This document shows, in pieces, positions 9,004-19,813 of a stretch of 64,000 nucleotides of DNA (position 1 is its first letter; every line of letters starts with the position of its first letter). The notes beneath the pieces are model-generated. The model searched no databases. It worked only from the letters and a program-made list of their open reading frames with translations, and had not been told where the DNA came from. This DNA is from Alphaproteobacteria bacterium (GTDB lineage: Bacteria; Pseudomonadota; Alphaproteobacteria; UBA828). The position numbers were made by a program, and so were the translations under genes. The DNA lies in assembly GCA_963667785.2 (NCBI GenBank), contig CAXXMU010000001.1, forward strand, positions 800,001-864,000, given 5' to 3'.

Positions 9004-10320
9004 CTAGCTCAGGCCCGGCAGCCAGAGGCAGATGGCGGGGAGCGACAGAATGATCGCGAGGAGAACGAGCGCGCTCAGCACGAACGGCACGACGCCTCTG
9101 AACGACTCGCCCAGCCGGGTCTTTCCGTCCAGCGAATTGATCACGTAGACGTTGAGGCCGATGGGTGGCGTGATCAGTCCGATCTCGACGGCGATCAGGG
9201 CCAGGATGCCGAACCAGATGGCGATCTCCTCTTCCGTGTAGCCGAAGTCGAGTCCGGTCACCAACGGAAAGAAGACGGGCACCGTCAGCAGGATCATCGC
9301 CAGGCTGTCCATGACGCAGCCGAGGATCAGGTAGACGAGCACGATCCCGACCATGATCGTTATCGGCGCAAGCCCCGACCCAGCCAGCGCATCCGCCAGC
9401 GCGGTGGTGACCTGGGACAACGCGAGGAAGCTGTTGAAGATCTCGGCGCTGATCAGGATGAGGAAGATCATCGCGGTGGCCTGCGCGGTCTCGAGCAGGC
9501 TCGACACGAAGGCCGACCAGCTTAGCCGCCCGGAGGCGAGCGCGACCAGGGCGGTCGCCGCAGCCCCGATCGCGGCGGCCTCGGTCGGCGTGAAGACGCC
9601 GAAGTAGATCCCGCCGATGACCGAGAAGAAGATCGCCACCACCGGCCACACCGCGCCCAGGCTGCGGATACGCGCGCGGTACGGCAGGGCCGGCACTACC
9701 GGACCCGCCTCGGGCTTCAGCCGGACATAGACGGCGATCGCCACCGCGTAGCCGAGCGTCGCGACGAGGCCAGGGATCAGCGCGGCCAGGAAGAGCGTGC
9801 CCACCGACTGCTCCGTGATGACCGCGTAGATCACCAGGATCACCGATGGCGGTATCAGGATGCCGAGGGTTCCGCCGGCGGCCAGCGTGCCGGTGGCCAG
9901 CGCCCCGGAATAGCCGTGGCGCCGCATCTCGGGCAGCGCCACCGAGGCCATCGTCGCTCCGGTCGCGATGGAGGAGCCGCAAATCGAGCCGAACGCGGCG
10001 CAGCCGAAGACGGTGGAGACGGCCAGCCCGCCGCGCCGGTGCCCGACCCAGGCGCGAGCCGCATCGAACAGCGCGCGGCTGAGCCCGGAGCGTGTCGCAA
10101 GCTGACCCATCAACAGGAACAGCGGCAGCACCGATAGCGTGTAGCTCGACACCCGGCCGAACGGCGCGGTGTTCAGCAGGTTGAGGAATGCCGACCACCC
10201 GGCGAGCGACGCGAAGCCGAAGCCGCCGACGACGAACATCGCCACCGCGACCGGCATCCTGAGAGCGATCAGCACCAGGCAGACGCCGAACAGGAGCCCG
10301 CCGAACTCGATGCTCGTCAT
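9004..10320 (-). CDS. dctM: TRAP transporter large permease DctM
   Basis: GSICGSSIAT, GGTLGILIPPS, GLITPPIGLNVYV. Confidence 0.92.
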   Translation of the reverse strand: MTSIEFGGLLFGVCLVLIALRMPVAVAMFVVGGFGFASLAGWSAFLNLLNTAPFGRVSSYTLSVLPLFLLMGQLATRSGLSRALFDAARAWVGHRRGGLAVSTVFGCAAFGSICGSSIATGATMASVALPEMRRHGYSGALATGTLAAGGTLGILIPPSVILVIYAVITEQSVGTLFLAALIPGLVATLGYAVAIAVYVRLKPEAGPVVPALPYRARIRSLGAVWPVVAIFFSVIGGIYFGVFTPTEAAAIGAAATALVALASGRLSWSAFVSSLLETAQATAMIFLILISAEIFNSFLALSQVTTALADALAGSGLAPITIMVGIVLVYLILGCVMDSLAMILLTVPVFFPLVTGLDFGYTEEEIAIWFGILALIAVEIGLITPPIGLNVYVINSLDGKTRLGESFRGVVPFVLSALVLLAIILSLPAICLWLPGLS

Positions 10321-10877
10321 CGCCTCAGGACGTGCACGTGGCGATAGACCACCAGGACGCAGATCGCGGTCAGCAATCCCGCTCCGAGCAGCGCGGAGAA
10401 GTAGGCCCAATGGATGGGGATGCCCAGGAACAGAGTCGTCTCGCCGTCCTTGAGCTTGTGCATGCCGCCGACGAACAGACGCCACGTGATCAAGCCGGCA
10501 ACCAGCGTGAAGACGACATTGTGAAGCGTGCCCAGCGCCGTCTTGTGGCGCGCAGGCAATCCGCCGGTGAAGAACTCCACGACGATGTTGCCGCTCCTGG
10601 CGTGGCAATACGGGAAGAAGGCGAACACCGCGACGCCGCAGGCAAGCTCGGTGAGCTCGTAATCGCCGGGGATCGGGGCGTTGAAGAGATAGCGCCCGAG
10701 GACGCTGATCACGGTCATCAGCACGACCCCGATCAGCAGCATGCCTCCGGCGATTGCGACCAATCGGGCCGGCCGTTCCAGGCGGGCTCCGATGTTGTGG
10801 CCTGCGGAATAGGGGGCCGGCCCGCGCGCCGTATCGCCCGCCTCGTGGTCCTCTCCCGGCTTAGCGCTGGAGCTCAT
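10317..10877 (-). CDS. dctQ: TRAP transporter small permease DctQ
   Basis: Four TM helices; VLGRYLFNAPIPGDYEL; lies between dctP and dctM. Confidence 0.88.
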   Translation of the reverse strand: MSSSAKPGEDHEAGDTARGPAPYSAGHNIGARLERPARLVAIAGGMLLIGVVLMTVISVLGRYLFNAPIPGDYELTELACGVAVFAFFPYCHARSGNIVVEFFTGGLPARHKTALGTLHNVVFTLVAGLITWRLFVGGMHKLKDGETTLFLGIPIHWAYFSALLGAGLLTAICVLVVYRHVHVLRR

Positions 10878-11910
10878 CGCCGTACTTGGCGACGAGGCGC
10901 CTTGCGTCGGCGAGCATGGCCTCCCCGTCGTGTCCCAGGGCGTTGACCTTCTCGACCCAGCCGTCGATCACCGGCTGCGCGGTGGCCCGCCACCGCGCGC
11001 GCTCCGCTTCCGCCAACGGAAATATCGAATGGCCCTGCTCCAGCGCGATCGCACGGCCCGGCTCCTCGTCGTCCTGCCACAGGCGGCCGAGACGCTTGGC
11101 CAGCGCTCTTCCCGTGGTCTCGTCGATAATCGTCCGGATGTCCGCCGGTAGCCCGTCGTAGCGCGCCTTGTTCATGGTCATCAGGAACAGAACGCAGGAG
11201 AGGGAAACCTCGGTGTGGAACTGCGTCACCTCGTGCAGGCGAAAGGGCCGCATGATGGTCCACGGGAGCCAAGCGCCTTCCACCACGCCCCGCGAGAGCG
11301 CCTCGTAGACCTTCGGAACCGGCATGCCGATCGGCACGGCGCCGAGCGCCTCCAGCATCGCCGCGCTGGCCCGCGACGGGGCACGCATCTTAAGCCCTTC
11401 GAGGTCTTCGAGGGTTCGGACCTCCCGGTCGGCGGTGTGGATGTGGCCGGGAGCCGCGGCATGGAATACCAGGGGATGGGTATCCTCGTACTCGTCCTGC
11501 AGCCACGTCCGGTAGAAGTCGTTCAAGGCTTGGCTGGTCGCCTCCGCATCCGCGCAGACGAAGGGCAGCTCGAACGCTTCGGTCAGCGGAAACCGCCCCG
11601 CCGAGTAACCCGGCAAGGTCCAGACGATATCGACCACGCCGTCGCGCGCCTGCCCGTAAAGGTCGGACGGCTTGCCGCCGAGCTGCATCGCCGGGAACAC
11701 CTGCACGTCGACCCGGCCTTCGGTTCTCTCCTCGATCTCCTCGGCCCATGGCTGCAGAAACAGCCGCACCGCGATCGACTTGGGCGAGTTGAAGGTGTGC
11801 AGCCGGAGCGTGATCGGCTCCGCGCCCGCGCTGCCTGCAAGCGCACAGAACAGTGCCGCAGCAAGGGAAGGAAGCAGCGCACAGACGACGGTTCGGCGAA
11901 TCACGCCCAT
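10861..11910 (-). CDS. dctP: TRAP transporter substrate-binding protein DctP
   Basis: Signal peptide; VFPAMQLGG, GRFPLTEAFELPF, EDLEGLKMRAP, VYEALSRGVV. Confidence 0.9.
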   Translation of the reverse strand: MGVIRRTVVCALLPSLAAALFCALAGSAGAEPITLRLHTFNSPKSIAVRLFLQPWAEEIEERTEGRVDVQVFPAMQLGGKPSDLYGQARDGVVDIVWTLPGYSAGRFPLTEAFELPFVCADAEATSQALNDFYRTWLQDEYEDTHPLVFHAAAPGHIHTADREVRTLEDLEGLKMRAPSRASAAMLEALGAVPIGMPVPKVYEALSRGVVEGAWLPWTIMRPFRLHEVTQFHTEVSLSCVLFLMTMNKARYDGLPADIRTIIDETTGRALAKRLGRLWQDDEEPGRAIALEQGHSIFPLAEAERARWRATAQPVIDGWVEKVNALGHDGEAMLADARRLVAKYGDELQR

Positions 11911-12005
11911 CGGTTGCCTCCCTTGAGCCCCATGATCGAAACCGCACGCGCTCGAACGACCCGGCCCTGAGGACGGGCGACGGTCGTCCGGGCGCCACGG
12001 AATAC

Positions 12006-12060
12006 CGGTCGGCTCCTATCGGGTGGTCCGGTTTGAATGTTAGTTGAGGGCCGTCGGAGA
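12006..12060 (-). mobile_element. Degenerate right end of an IS3-family element
   Basis: Minus strand reads CCGACGGCCCTCAACTAACATTCAAACCGGACCACCCGATAGGAGCCGACC, recalling alphaproteobacterial IS3 OrfB ends (...LN*) followed by the IRR. Confidence 0.5.
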
Positions 12061-12443
12061 GGCCATGTCCGAAGTCGCCAGTCGCGCCCTCTCCAGCGCC
12101 GGCGAGGCGGGTCGCAAAGGTGACTGGAACACGAGGTCGGAGCCGTCATGGATGGACTCGGCTTCTGCCAGGATCGCCACGGAGCGAGGCGAGCGAGGCC
12201 TCCGGTGCTCGACGTTGGCCGTCATACGCTCGGCAGGGACGGTCCAGGTGGCGGCTTCCATGTCCATTTCAGACCAGTGTGCGCCGCGCGTTTCGCTGCT
12301 GCGCGCCGACGGCCTGCGACGGCAATGCGCTTTATCCAGGATCGCGTGCCGGCCTGCGGAATCTTGAAGTAGAGCCCGCCGCCGTCGCCGTGCATACCGG
12401 GCGTCTTGAGGGTTCGAATGCCCGTAGCGGTCAGTCTCGCCAT
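12061..12443 (-). pseudogene. P4-like tyrosine integrase remnant (internal deletion, frameshift, 3' truncation)
   Basis: Arm-binding N-terminus MARLTATGIRTLKTPGMHGDGGGLYF...TRSWI in one frame; catalytic-domain piece RSSETRGAHWSEMD...WTVPAERM...EHR in another; adjacent to the tRNA 3' end. Confidence 0.85.
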
Positions 12444-12447
12444 CGCA

Positions 12448-12483
12448 CATCCCCACATCCATCCTCACACCGTTGTGGGGATG
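12448..12483. repeat. Integrase arm-type site-like repeats
   Basis: CATCCCCACA (12448), CATCCTCACA (12460) and inverted TGTGGGGATG (12474) between the tRNA and the integrase start. Confidence 0.55.
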
Positions 12484-12581
12484 GATGGGAAGGAGTGGGA
12501 GCATTCAAGACCCTATTGGGCAGGAAACCGTTGATTTCCAGGGGGGCCAGCCGTCTCGGGAGTAACTGAAAGAGGAGGGGA

Positions 12582-12657
<76 letters not shown>

Positions 12658-12697
12658 GACGCGGCGGCCGGGCGTTCCCCCGGCCGAAAGCGGCCGG

Positions 12698-12727
12698 ATC
12701 ATGCGGCGGCGTGCGGACACCTGTCAA
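12698..12727 (-). promoter_or_regulatory. Sigma70-type promoter of tRNA-Ala
   Basis: TTGACA-18 nt-CATGAT on the minus strand, followed by a GC-rich discriminator. Confidence 0.6.
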
Positions 12728-12749
12728 GCGGGGCACCCCGCGCCCCGGC

Positions 12750-14753
12750 TCACTCGTCTGCGGCAAACTCCATGATGACCTGGTCGGCGGCGAGGCTGTC
12801 ACCCACCTGCACGCGGACCGCGACGATGCGGCCGTCGCGCTCGGCGCGCAGCACGTTCTCCATCTTCATCGCATCGACGATGGCGAGCGGCTGCCCCGCC
12901 CGCACCGTGTCGCCTTCCGCTGCCGGCAGCGCCACCACCAGTCCCGGCATGGGCGAGAGCAGGAAGCGGGAGAGGTCGAGCGCCGCCTTCGCCGGCATCT
13001 GGGCGGCGAGCTTCGCCGCCCGCGGCGTCCGCACCCTGGCCCGCACCTCATGGCCACGCCAGCGCAGCGCGAGCGCGGTGCCCTGGCGTTCGACCTGGAC
13101 GGTGACCGGGGTGCCCGCCACGGTGCCGCTGAAGAGGCGCTCGTGGGGCTGCCAGTCGCTTGCGACCGGCACGGCACCGTCCTCGCCCGCGACCACGATC
13201 CCGCCCCCATCCCCATCCTCGTCGAGCCGCACCGCGTGCCGGCTCCTGCCCAGATCGACCACCCAGTCGCCCGTGTGCCTGAGCGGCGGCGCGCCCGCGA
13301 CCTGGCCCGAGATGCGGGCGGTGCGGGCCGCGAGCCTCGCGTGCACCAGGGCCGCGACCGCGACGAGGACGCGGCGGGCCTCGTCGTCGAGAACGGCAGG
13401 ATCGAAGCCCGCGCCGAACTCCTCCTCGATGAAGGCGGTCGACAGCCTGCCCTCGGCGAAGCGCGCGCGCCCCAGCACGGCGTTGAGGAAGCCCGCATTG
13501 TGGGCGACGCCGCGTATCTCGTAACGGTCGAGCGCATCCCGCATGGCGGCGATGGCGGCGGTCCGGTCCGGCCCGTGGGTGACGAGCTTCGCGATCATGG
13601 GATCGTAGAACATGGAGATCTCGGAGCCTTCGTCCACGCCGGCATCGACCCGCACCGACTCCGTCTCCGCCGGCTCGCGGTAGCGCGAGAGGTGCCCGAT
13701 CGAGGGGACGAAGCCCCGTACCGGGTCCTCGGCGTAGATGCGGCACTCCATGGCCCAGCCCCGCCGCGCCACGTCCTCCTGGGCGAAGGCGAGCGGCTCG
13801 CCGGCGGCGATCCTGATCTGCTGCTCCACCAGGTCAATGCCGGCGACCATCTCGGTGATCGGGTGCTCGACCTGGAGGCGCGTGTTCATCTCGAGGAAGT
13901 AGAAGTTCCGGCTCTGGTCGGCGACGAACTCGACCGTGCCGGCGGAGCGGTAGCCGACCGCCTTCGCCAGCGCGCAGGCCTGGGCGCCCATCGCCGCCCG
14001 GGTCGCCTCGTCAAGCAGCGGGCTCGGCGCCTCCTCGATCACCTTCTGGTGGCGGCGCTGGATCGAGCATTCCCGCTCGCCGAGATGGACGACCGTGCCG
14101 GCACCGTCGGCCAGCACCTGGATCTCGACGTGGCGCGGGTCCTCGATGAAGCGCTCGACGAAGACCCGCCCGTCGCCGAAGGCTGCGGTGGCCTCGTTGA
14201 TGGCCGACGCCATGCCCTCGCGCAGGCCCGCCTCGTCCCACACGAGCCGCATGCCCTTGCCGCCGCCGCCGGCGGCCGCCTTGAGCATGACCGGATAGCC
14301 GATCTCGCGCGCGGCCCGGGCCGCCTCGTCGATATCGTCGACGGCGTCCTCGGTGCCGGGGATGATGGCCACGCCGGCGTTTGCCGCGATTCTGCGGGCG
14401 GCGAGCTTGTCCCCCATCGCCCCGATCGCCTGTGGTGGAGGCCCGATGAAGGCGATCCCTTCCGCAGCGAGCGCCTCGGCGAAGGCCGCGCTCTCGGAGA
14501 GGAAGCCATAGCCGGGATGCACCGCGTCCGCGCCGGTCTCCGCGATCGCGCGGAGCAGCGCGTCCACGTTCAGGTAGCTTTCCGCGGCGGCGGCCGGGCC
14601 GATGGGATGTGCCTCGTCAGCCATGCGCGCGTGCAGCGCACCCTCGTCGGCCTCGGAATAGACGGCGACGGTGCCGATGCCGAGCCTGCGCGCGGAGCGG
14701 ATCACCCTGCAGGCGATCTCCGCGCGGTTGGCGATCAGGATCTTGGAAAACAC
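12750..14753 (-). CDS. pccA: Propionyl-CoA carboxylase alpha subunit (biotin carboxylase + BCCP)
   Basis: KILIANRAEIA, HPGYGFLSE, RECSIQRRHQK, EMNTRLQVEHP, biotin motif AMKM; next to pccB. Confidence 0.9.
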   Translation of the reverse strand: MFSKILIANRAEIACRVIRSARRLGIGTVAVYSEADEGALHARMADEAHPIGPAAAAESYLNVDALLRAIAETGADAVHPGYGFLSESAAFAEALAAEGIAFIGPPPQAIGAMGDKLAARRIAANAGVAIIPGTEDAVDDIDEAARAAREIGYPVMLKAAAGGGGKGMRLVWDEAGLREGMASAINEATAAFGDGRVFVERFIEDPRHVEIQVLADGAGTVVHLGERECSIQRRHQKVIEEAPSPLLDEATRAAMGAQACALAKAVGYRSAGTVEFVADQSRNFYFLEMNTRLQVEHPITEMVAGIDLVEQQIRIAAGEPLAFAQEDVARRGWAMECRIYAEDPVRGFVPSIGHLSRYREPAETESVRVDAGVDEGSEISMFYDPMIAKLVTHGPDRTAAIAAMRDALDRYEIRGVAHNAGFLNAVLGRARFAEGRLSTAFIEEEFGAGFDPAVLDDEARRVLVAVAALVHARLAARTARISGQVAGAPPLRHTGDWVVDLGRSRHAVRLDEDGDGGGIVVAGEDGAVPVASDWQPHERLFSGTVAGTPVTVQVERQGTALALRWRGHEVRARVRTPRAAKLAAQMPAKAALDLSRFLLSPMPGLVVALPAAEGDTVRAGQPLAIVDAMKMENVLRAERDGRIVAVRVQVGDSLAADQVIMEFAADE

Positions 14754-14784
14754 CGGCGGCTGTCTTCGCTTCGCCCGGCGTCCG

Positions 14785-16317
14785 CTAGAGCGGGATGTTC
14801 CCGTGCTTCTTCCACGGGTTCTCCAGGCGCTTGGTGCGCAACGTCTCGAAGGCGCGCGCCACGCGGGCGCGGGTGTCCTGCGGGCGGATGACGTCGTCGA
14901 TGAAGCCGCGGCTGGCGGCGACGAAGGGGTTGGCGAAGGTGCGGCGGTATTCCTCGGTCTTCGCGTCGACGGCGGCCGGGTCGTCCAGCGAGCCGCGGAA
15001 GATGATCTCCACCGCTCCCTTCGGCCCCATCACCGCGATCTCCGCCGTTGGCCAGGCGTAGTTGAGGTCGCCGCGCAGGTGCTTGGACGCCATCACGTCG
15101 TAGGCGCCGCCATAGGCCTTGCGCGTGATCACGGTGACCTTGGGCACCGTCGCCTCGGCGTAGGCGTAGAGCAGCTTGGAGCCATGCGTGATGATGCCGC
15201 CATACTCCTGGTCGGTTCCCGGCAGGAAGCCCGGTACGTCGACGAAGGTGAGCAGGGGTATGTTGAAGCAGTCGCAGAAGCGGACGAAGCGGCCCGCCTT
15301 GCGCGAGGACGCGATGTCGAGACAGCCGGCGAGCACGGTCGGCTGGTTGGCGACGACGCCGACGGTGGTCCCGCCGATGCGCCCCATCCCGGTGATGATG
15401 TTCTGCGCGTAGGCCGGCTTCAGCTCGAAGAAATCGCCTTCGTCGACGACCTTCGTGATCAGCTCCCTCATGTCGTAGGGCATGTTGGGATTGGCCGGCA
15501 CCAGGCGGTCGAGGGAAGGCTCCGCGCGGGTCAGCGGGTCGGTGGCCGGCCAGGCGGGCGGCTGCTCGCGGTTGTTGGCGGGCAGGAAGTCGATGAAGCG
15601 CCTGGTCTCGGCCAGCGCGTCCACGTCGTTGTCGAAGGCACGGTCGGCGACGCCGGAGCGGCCGGTATGGGTGCCCGCGCCGCCGAGCTCCTCGTGGGTC
15701 ACCACCTCGTGGGTGACGGTTTTCACCACGTCCGGCCCGGTCACGAACATGTAGGCGCTGTCGGAGACCATGAAGATCGCGTCGGTCATTGCCGGCGAAT
15801 AGACCGCGCCGCCGGCGCACGGCCCCATGATCACCGAGACCTGCGGCACCACGCCCGACGCGAGCACGTTGCGCTGGAAGACCTCGGCATAGCCGGCGAG
15901 CGAGGCGACGCCCTCGTGGATGCGGGCGCCGCCGGAATCGTTGAGGCCCACCACCGGAGCGCCCACCCGCATGGCGTGGTCCATGATCTTGCAGATCTTC
16001 TCCGCATGCGCCTCGCTGAGCGAGCCGCCGAACACGGTGAAGTCCTGGCTGAAGACGAAGACGAGCCTGCCGTTGACGGTGCCGCGCCCGGTGACCACGC
16101 CGTCGCCCGGCACGCGCTGCTCGGCCATGCCGAAGTCGGAGCTGCGGTGCTCGACGAACATGTCGTACTCCTCGAACGAATCGTCGTCGAGGAGCAGCTC
16201 CAGGCGCTCGCGGGCGGTCAGCTTGCCCTTCGCGTGCTGCCGCTCGATCCGCGCCTCGCCGCCGCCCAGCCGGGCGCGGGTGCGGCGCTCTTCGAGCGTG
16301 CGCAGGATGTCGTCCAT
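14785..16317 (-). CDS. pccB: Propionyl-CoA carboxylase beta subunit
   Basis: [52 protein letters not shown]; GGAGG RBS. Confidence 0.93.
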   Translation of the reverse strand: MDDILRTLEERRTRARLGGGEARIERQHAKGKLTARERLELLLDDDSFEEYDMFVEHRSSDFGMAEQRVPGDGVVTGRGTVNGRLVFVFSQDFTVFGGSLSEAHAEKICKIMDHAMRVGAPVVGLNDSGGARIHEGVASLAGYAEVFQRNVLASGVVPQVSVIMGPCAGGAVYSPAMTDAIFMVSDSAYMFVTGPDVVKTVTHEVVTHEELGGAGTHTGRSGVADRAFDNDVDALAETRRFIDFLPANNREQPPAWPATDPLTRAEPSLDRLVPANPNMPYDMRELITKVVDEGDFFELKPAYAQNIITGMGRIGGTTVGVVANQPTVLAGCLDIASSRKAGRFVRFCDCFNIPLLTFVDVPGFLPGTDQEYGGIITHGSKLLYAYAEATVPKVTVITRKAYGGAYDVMASKHLRGDLNYAWPTAEIAVMGPKGAVEIIFRGSLDDPAAVDAKTEEYRRTFANPFVAASRGFIDDVIRPQDTRARVARAFETLRTKRLENPWKKHGNIPL

Positions 16318-16381
16318 CGCCTCCCTTCCCGGCGACGCGAGGAATTGCGCTGTCGCCACCCGCTCTTAGCACGAAATGCTA

Positions 16382-17092
16382 TCAAGCGGCGAGCAGGCGG
16401 AAGAGGCGCGCCGCGCTGGCAGCGTCTTGCGCCACCCTGCGGCAACGGGCGGCGAGCTCCTCGTCCTCGCCCCAGCGCTCCATCTGATAGCGCTCGTCGA
16501 CCAGCGAGGCGTCAGCGGCGTCGGCGGCATCGAGCCGGCCCTCGCGCAAGCCGAGCGCGATCACCAGCGAGCCGAAGCTCCGGGTGGCGAGGCTCAGCCC
16601 GGCGAGGGCGAAGTCCTCTTCCGCCTCGACCGCATCGCGAAACGCGGCCAGCGCGGCCGGTGCCTGCGCGACCGGGGTGATCGACGTCGTGACCGTGAGG
16701 CGGGCGCCGTAGCGCTCTTCCGCCCAGGCCACCAGCGGCTGCCAGGCGTCGGCCTGGCGGCGGGCGAGCGCCGGCGGCTCGTCGGTGCGATAGCAGATCA
16801 GATCGGTCTCGGCGTAGGAACCGATCTCGGCGACGATCTCCGCTCGCCGCTCGGGCACGAGGTCGAGCGCGGTGCAGGCGAGGCGGGTGAGCGGCATGGT
16901 CGCGTGCTCGATGGTCTCTCCCTGCGCCGCCCACTCCTCAGCCAACGCATCGGCGAGAGCGGCGCCCGGCAGCGCCAGCGGCCGGCCCGCAGGCGTGCGC
17001 ACGGGCTTGCCGTCGAGCGCGATGCCGTGCGCGCCGTCGGCTTCCGTCGCCGCCGCGTTCTCGTAGAAGCGTTTCGGCCCGGCCGCGCTCAC
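16382..17092 (-). CDS. ATP12 family chaperone
   Basis: KRFYE, LDGKPVRTP, EEWAAQ...MPLTRLA, TDLICYR, VDERYQMERWGED; GTG overlaps the rluC stop. Confidence 0.9.
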   Translation of the reverse strand: MSAAGPKRFYENAAATEADGAHGIALDGKPVRTPAGRPLALPGAALADALAEEWAAQGETIEHATMPLTRLACTALDLVPERRAEIVAEIGSYAETDLICYRTDEPPALARRQADAWQPLVAWAEERYGARLTVTTSITPVAQAPAALAAFRDAVEAEEDFALAGLSLATRSFGSLVIALGLREGRLDAADAADASLVDERYQMERWGEDEELAARCRRVAQDAASAARLFRLLAA

Positions 17093-18090
17093 GGCGCGTC
17101 CGCGAAGGGGGCGAACTCGTCGCCGCCCGGCGCCGGGTCGAACCCAAGAAAGCGCCACGCGGCGGCCATGTGCGGCGGCAGCGGTGCGGTGAGCACCAGC
17201 GGCGCCCTGCCCGCCCGCGGCAAGGCCAGTGCCCGGGCGTGGAGGTGCAGGCGCGGCTCGAAGCCGGCGGGGAATGCCGCCTCGCCGCCATACTTGCCGT
17301 CGCCGACGATGGCGTGGCCGAAGACCTGGGCCGCATGTGCGCGGAGCTGGTGCGTGCGGCCGGTGCGCGGCATGAGCGCGAGCCACGCGAGCCGGCGGCC
17401 GGCGGCCTCGATGAGCGCATAGTCGGTCACCGCGCGCAGGCCCTCCTCGGCGGTCGCCACCATGCGCTCGCCTGCGCCTGTTTCGCGTTTGGCGAGTGCA
17501 GCGTCGATCCGCCCCCGCGCCGGCTTCGGCACGCCGGCGACGAGCGCCCAGTAGAGCTTTTGCAACCGGCGGGAGCGGAACAGGGAGGCGAGATCCCGCG
17601 CCGCCTTCGCGTGACGGGCGAGCAGCAGGACACCGCTGGTGTCGCGGTCGAGCCGGTGGACGAGGCGGGGCGTCTCGTCCGCCTCAAAGCGGAGCACGGC
17701 GAGCATCGCGTCGAGGTGGCGGCGGACCCGGCTTCCGCCCTGCACGGGCAGGCCGGGCGGTTTGTTGAGCGCGATCAGGTCGGCGTCGCGGTAGATGACC
17801 GCCGCCTGCACCATGGCTGCGTCGGCCTCGTCCACCGGCGGGCTGGGCCTGGGGGCGCGGCCTTCGCCGTCCTCTCCGAGACCGGGGAGCGGCGGCACGC
17901 GGACCCGGTCACCCGCGGCGAGCCTGGTGCCGGCCCGAGCACGGCTGCCGTTCACCCGGATCTGGCCGGTGCGCAGCAGCTTCTCCAGCCGGCCGTGGCC
18001 GAGGCCGGGATAGTGCCGCCTGAACCAGCGGTCGAGGCGCTGGTCGCCGTCCTCGGGTCCGATCTCCCGCGTGGCGACGCCGCTCGCCAT
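17089..18090 (-). CDS. rluC: RluA/RluC family 23S rRNA pseudouridine synthase
   Basis: S4 domain (QRLDRWF), NKPPGL, HRLDRDTSG, TGRTHQLR. Confidence 0.85.
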   Translation of the reverse strand: MASGVATREIGPEDGDQRLDRWFRRHYPGLGHGRLEKLLRTGQIRVNGSRARAGTRLAAGDRVRVPPLPGLGEDGEGRAPRPSPPVDEADAAMVQAAVIYRDADLIALNKPPGLPVQGGSRVRRHLDAMLAVLRFEADETPRLVHRLDRDTSGVLLLARHAKAARDLASLFRSRRLQKLYWALVAGVPKPARGRIDAALAKRETGAGERMVATAEEGLRAVTDYALIEAAGRRLAWLALMPRTGRTHQLRAHAAQVFGHAIVGDGKYGGEAAFPAGFEPRLHLHARALALPRAGRAPLVLTAPLPPHMAAAWRFLGFDPAPGGDEFAPFADAP

Positions 18091-18479
18091 CACAGCACCG
18101 CGCGTACCAGCCGGAGGCCGAGGTAGAAGCCGCCGACCGAGAGCACGACCGAGAGCACGATGTAGAGCAGCGCCCGGCCGATATCGCCCCGCTCCAGCAT
18201 CGCGATGGTGTCGGCCGAGAAGGCGGAGAAGGTGGTGAAGCCGCCGAGCAGCCCGACGAAGAGGAAGCGCTGCAGCACCGTGCCCACGTCGAAGGAGGTC
18301 GCCAGCCCCTGTACCAGCGCGCCGAGGACGAAGGAGCCAGCGACGTTCACCGTCAGCGTGCCGTAGGGGAAGCCCGTGCCGATGAGCGAGGCGAGCCAGC
18401 GCTCGGCGTAGCCGATGACGTAGTAGCGACCGACCGAGCCGAGCGCGCCTCCCAGCGCGATGGCAAGCGCGATCTTCAC
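18090..18479 (-). CDS. crcB: Fluoride efflux channel CrcB/FluC
   Basis: GGALGSVGRY, FPYGTLTVN, GLLGGFTTFSAF. Confidence 0.93.
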   Translation of the reverse strand: MKIALAIALGGALGSVGRYYVIGYAERWLASLIGTGFPYGTLTVNVAGSFVLGALVQGLATSFDVGTVLQRFLFVGLLGGFTTFSAFSADTIAMLERGDIGRALLYIVLSVVLSVGGFYLGLRLVRAVL

Positions 18480-19813
18480 GGCTCGTCCTCCGCCTCGTCC
18501 GCGTCCCCTGTGCCGCCCGCCGCTTCGCGCAGCTTCTGCCAGTAGGCGAGGCGCTTCTGCACCTCGCGCTCGAAGCCCCGCTCGCGCGGCGCGTAGAAGG
18601 TCTGCCGCGCCATCCCGTCCGGGAAATAGTCCTGCGCCGAGAAGCCCTCCTCGGTGTCGTGGTCGTAGACGTAGCCCTCGCCGTAGCCGAGGTCCTTCAT
18701 CAGCCGCGTCGGCGCGTTGAGGATGTGCTTGGGCGGCATGAGCGAGCCGGTCTCGCGGGCGGCCCCCATGGCGTGGGAGAGCGCGCGGTAGCTCGCGTTC
18801 GACTTGGCGGCGGTGCCGAGATAGATCACGGTCTGGGCGATGGCGAGCTCGCCTTCCGGCGAGCCCAGCCGCTCATAGGCTTCCCAGCCGGCGAGCGCCT
18901 GCGGCAGCGCGTCGGGGTCGGCGAGGCCCACGTCCTCGACCGCGAAGCGCACCAGGCGTCGGGCGATGTAGCGAGGATCCTCGCCACCGGCGAGCATGCG
19001 CGCGAGCCAGTAGAGCGCGGCATCGGTGTCGGAGCCCCTGAGCGACTTGTGCAGCGCCGAGATCAGGTTGAAGTGGCCTTCCTGCGACTTGTCGTAGAGC
19101 GGCGCGCGGCGTTGCACCGTCTCCATCAGCTGGGGCACGTCGAGCGGCGCCGTGGTGCCGGCGGCGAAGAGGGCTTCCGCCAGGTTGATGAGCGCGCGGC
19201 CGTCGCCGTCCGCCATGGCGCGCAGCATGGGGCGGGTGTCCTCGGCGAGTGGCAGCGTGCGGCCCTCCGTCGCCTCGGCGCGGGCGAGCAGGGTCTCCAG
19301 CGCGCCATCGTCCAGCCGGTTCAGCACCAGCACCGCGCAGCGCGAGAGCAGCGCACCGTTGAGCTCGAAGGAGGGGTTCTCCGTGGTGGCGCCGACGAGG
19401 GTGACGGTGCCGTCCTCCACCACCGGCAGGAAGGCATCCTGCTGGGCCCGGTTGAAGCGGTGGATTTCGTCGACGAAGAGCAGCGTGCCGACACCGCCTG
19501 CTCGGCGGGAGCGGGCGTCCGCGAAGACCTTGCGCAGCTCGGCGACGCCGGAGAAGACCGCGCTCAGCGGCGCGAACAGCATGTCGGTGTGATCCGCCAG
19601 CAGGCGGGCGATGGTGGTCTTGCCGCAGCCCGGCGGGCCCCAGAGGATGGTGGACGCCAGCGCGCCGCTCGCCACCATCCGGCCCAGCGGGCCGTCCGCG
19701 CGGAGCAGGTGGTCCTGTCCCACCACCTCGTCCAGCGCCTGTGGCCGCAGCCGGTCGGCGAGCGGCCGCGGCGCGTCGCCTTCGAACAGGCTCGGCGCGT
19801 CCTGCCGCGTCAT
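18476..19813 (-). CDS. rarA: Replication-associated recombination protein A
   Basis: [46 protein letters not shown]. Confidence 0.93.
   Translation of the reverse strand: MTRQDAPSLFEGDAPRPLADRLRPQALDEVVGQDHLLRADGPLGRMVASGALASTILWGPPGCGKTTIARLLADHTDMLFAPLSAVFSGVAELRKVFADARSRRAGGVGTLLFVDEIHRFNRAQQDAFLPVVEDGTVTLVGATTENPSFELNGALLSRCAVLVLNRLDDGALETLLARAEATEGRTLPLAEDTRPMLRAMADGDGRALINLAEALFAAGTTAPLDVPQLMETVQRRAPLYDKSQEGHFNLISALHKSLRGSDTDAALYWLARMLAGGEDPRYIARRLVRFAVEDVGLADPDALPQALAGWEAYERLGSPEGELAIAQTVIYLGTAAKSNASYRALSHAMGAARETGSLMPPKHILNAPTRLMKDLGYGEGYVYDHDTEEGFSAQDYFPDGMARQTFYAPRERGFEREVQKRLAYWQKLREAAGGTGDADEAEDEP

Noticed and set aside
18476-18560. Fluoride riboswitch upstream of crcB
   Set aside because: crcB overlaps the rarA stop codon, leaving no leader; the gene order is ordinary for Alphaproteobacteria.
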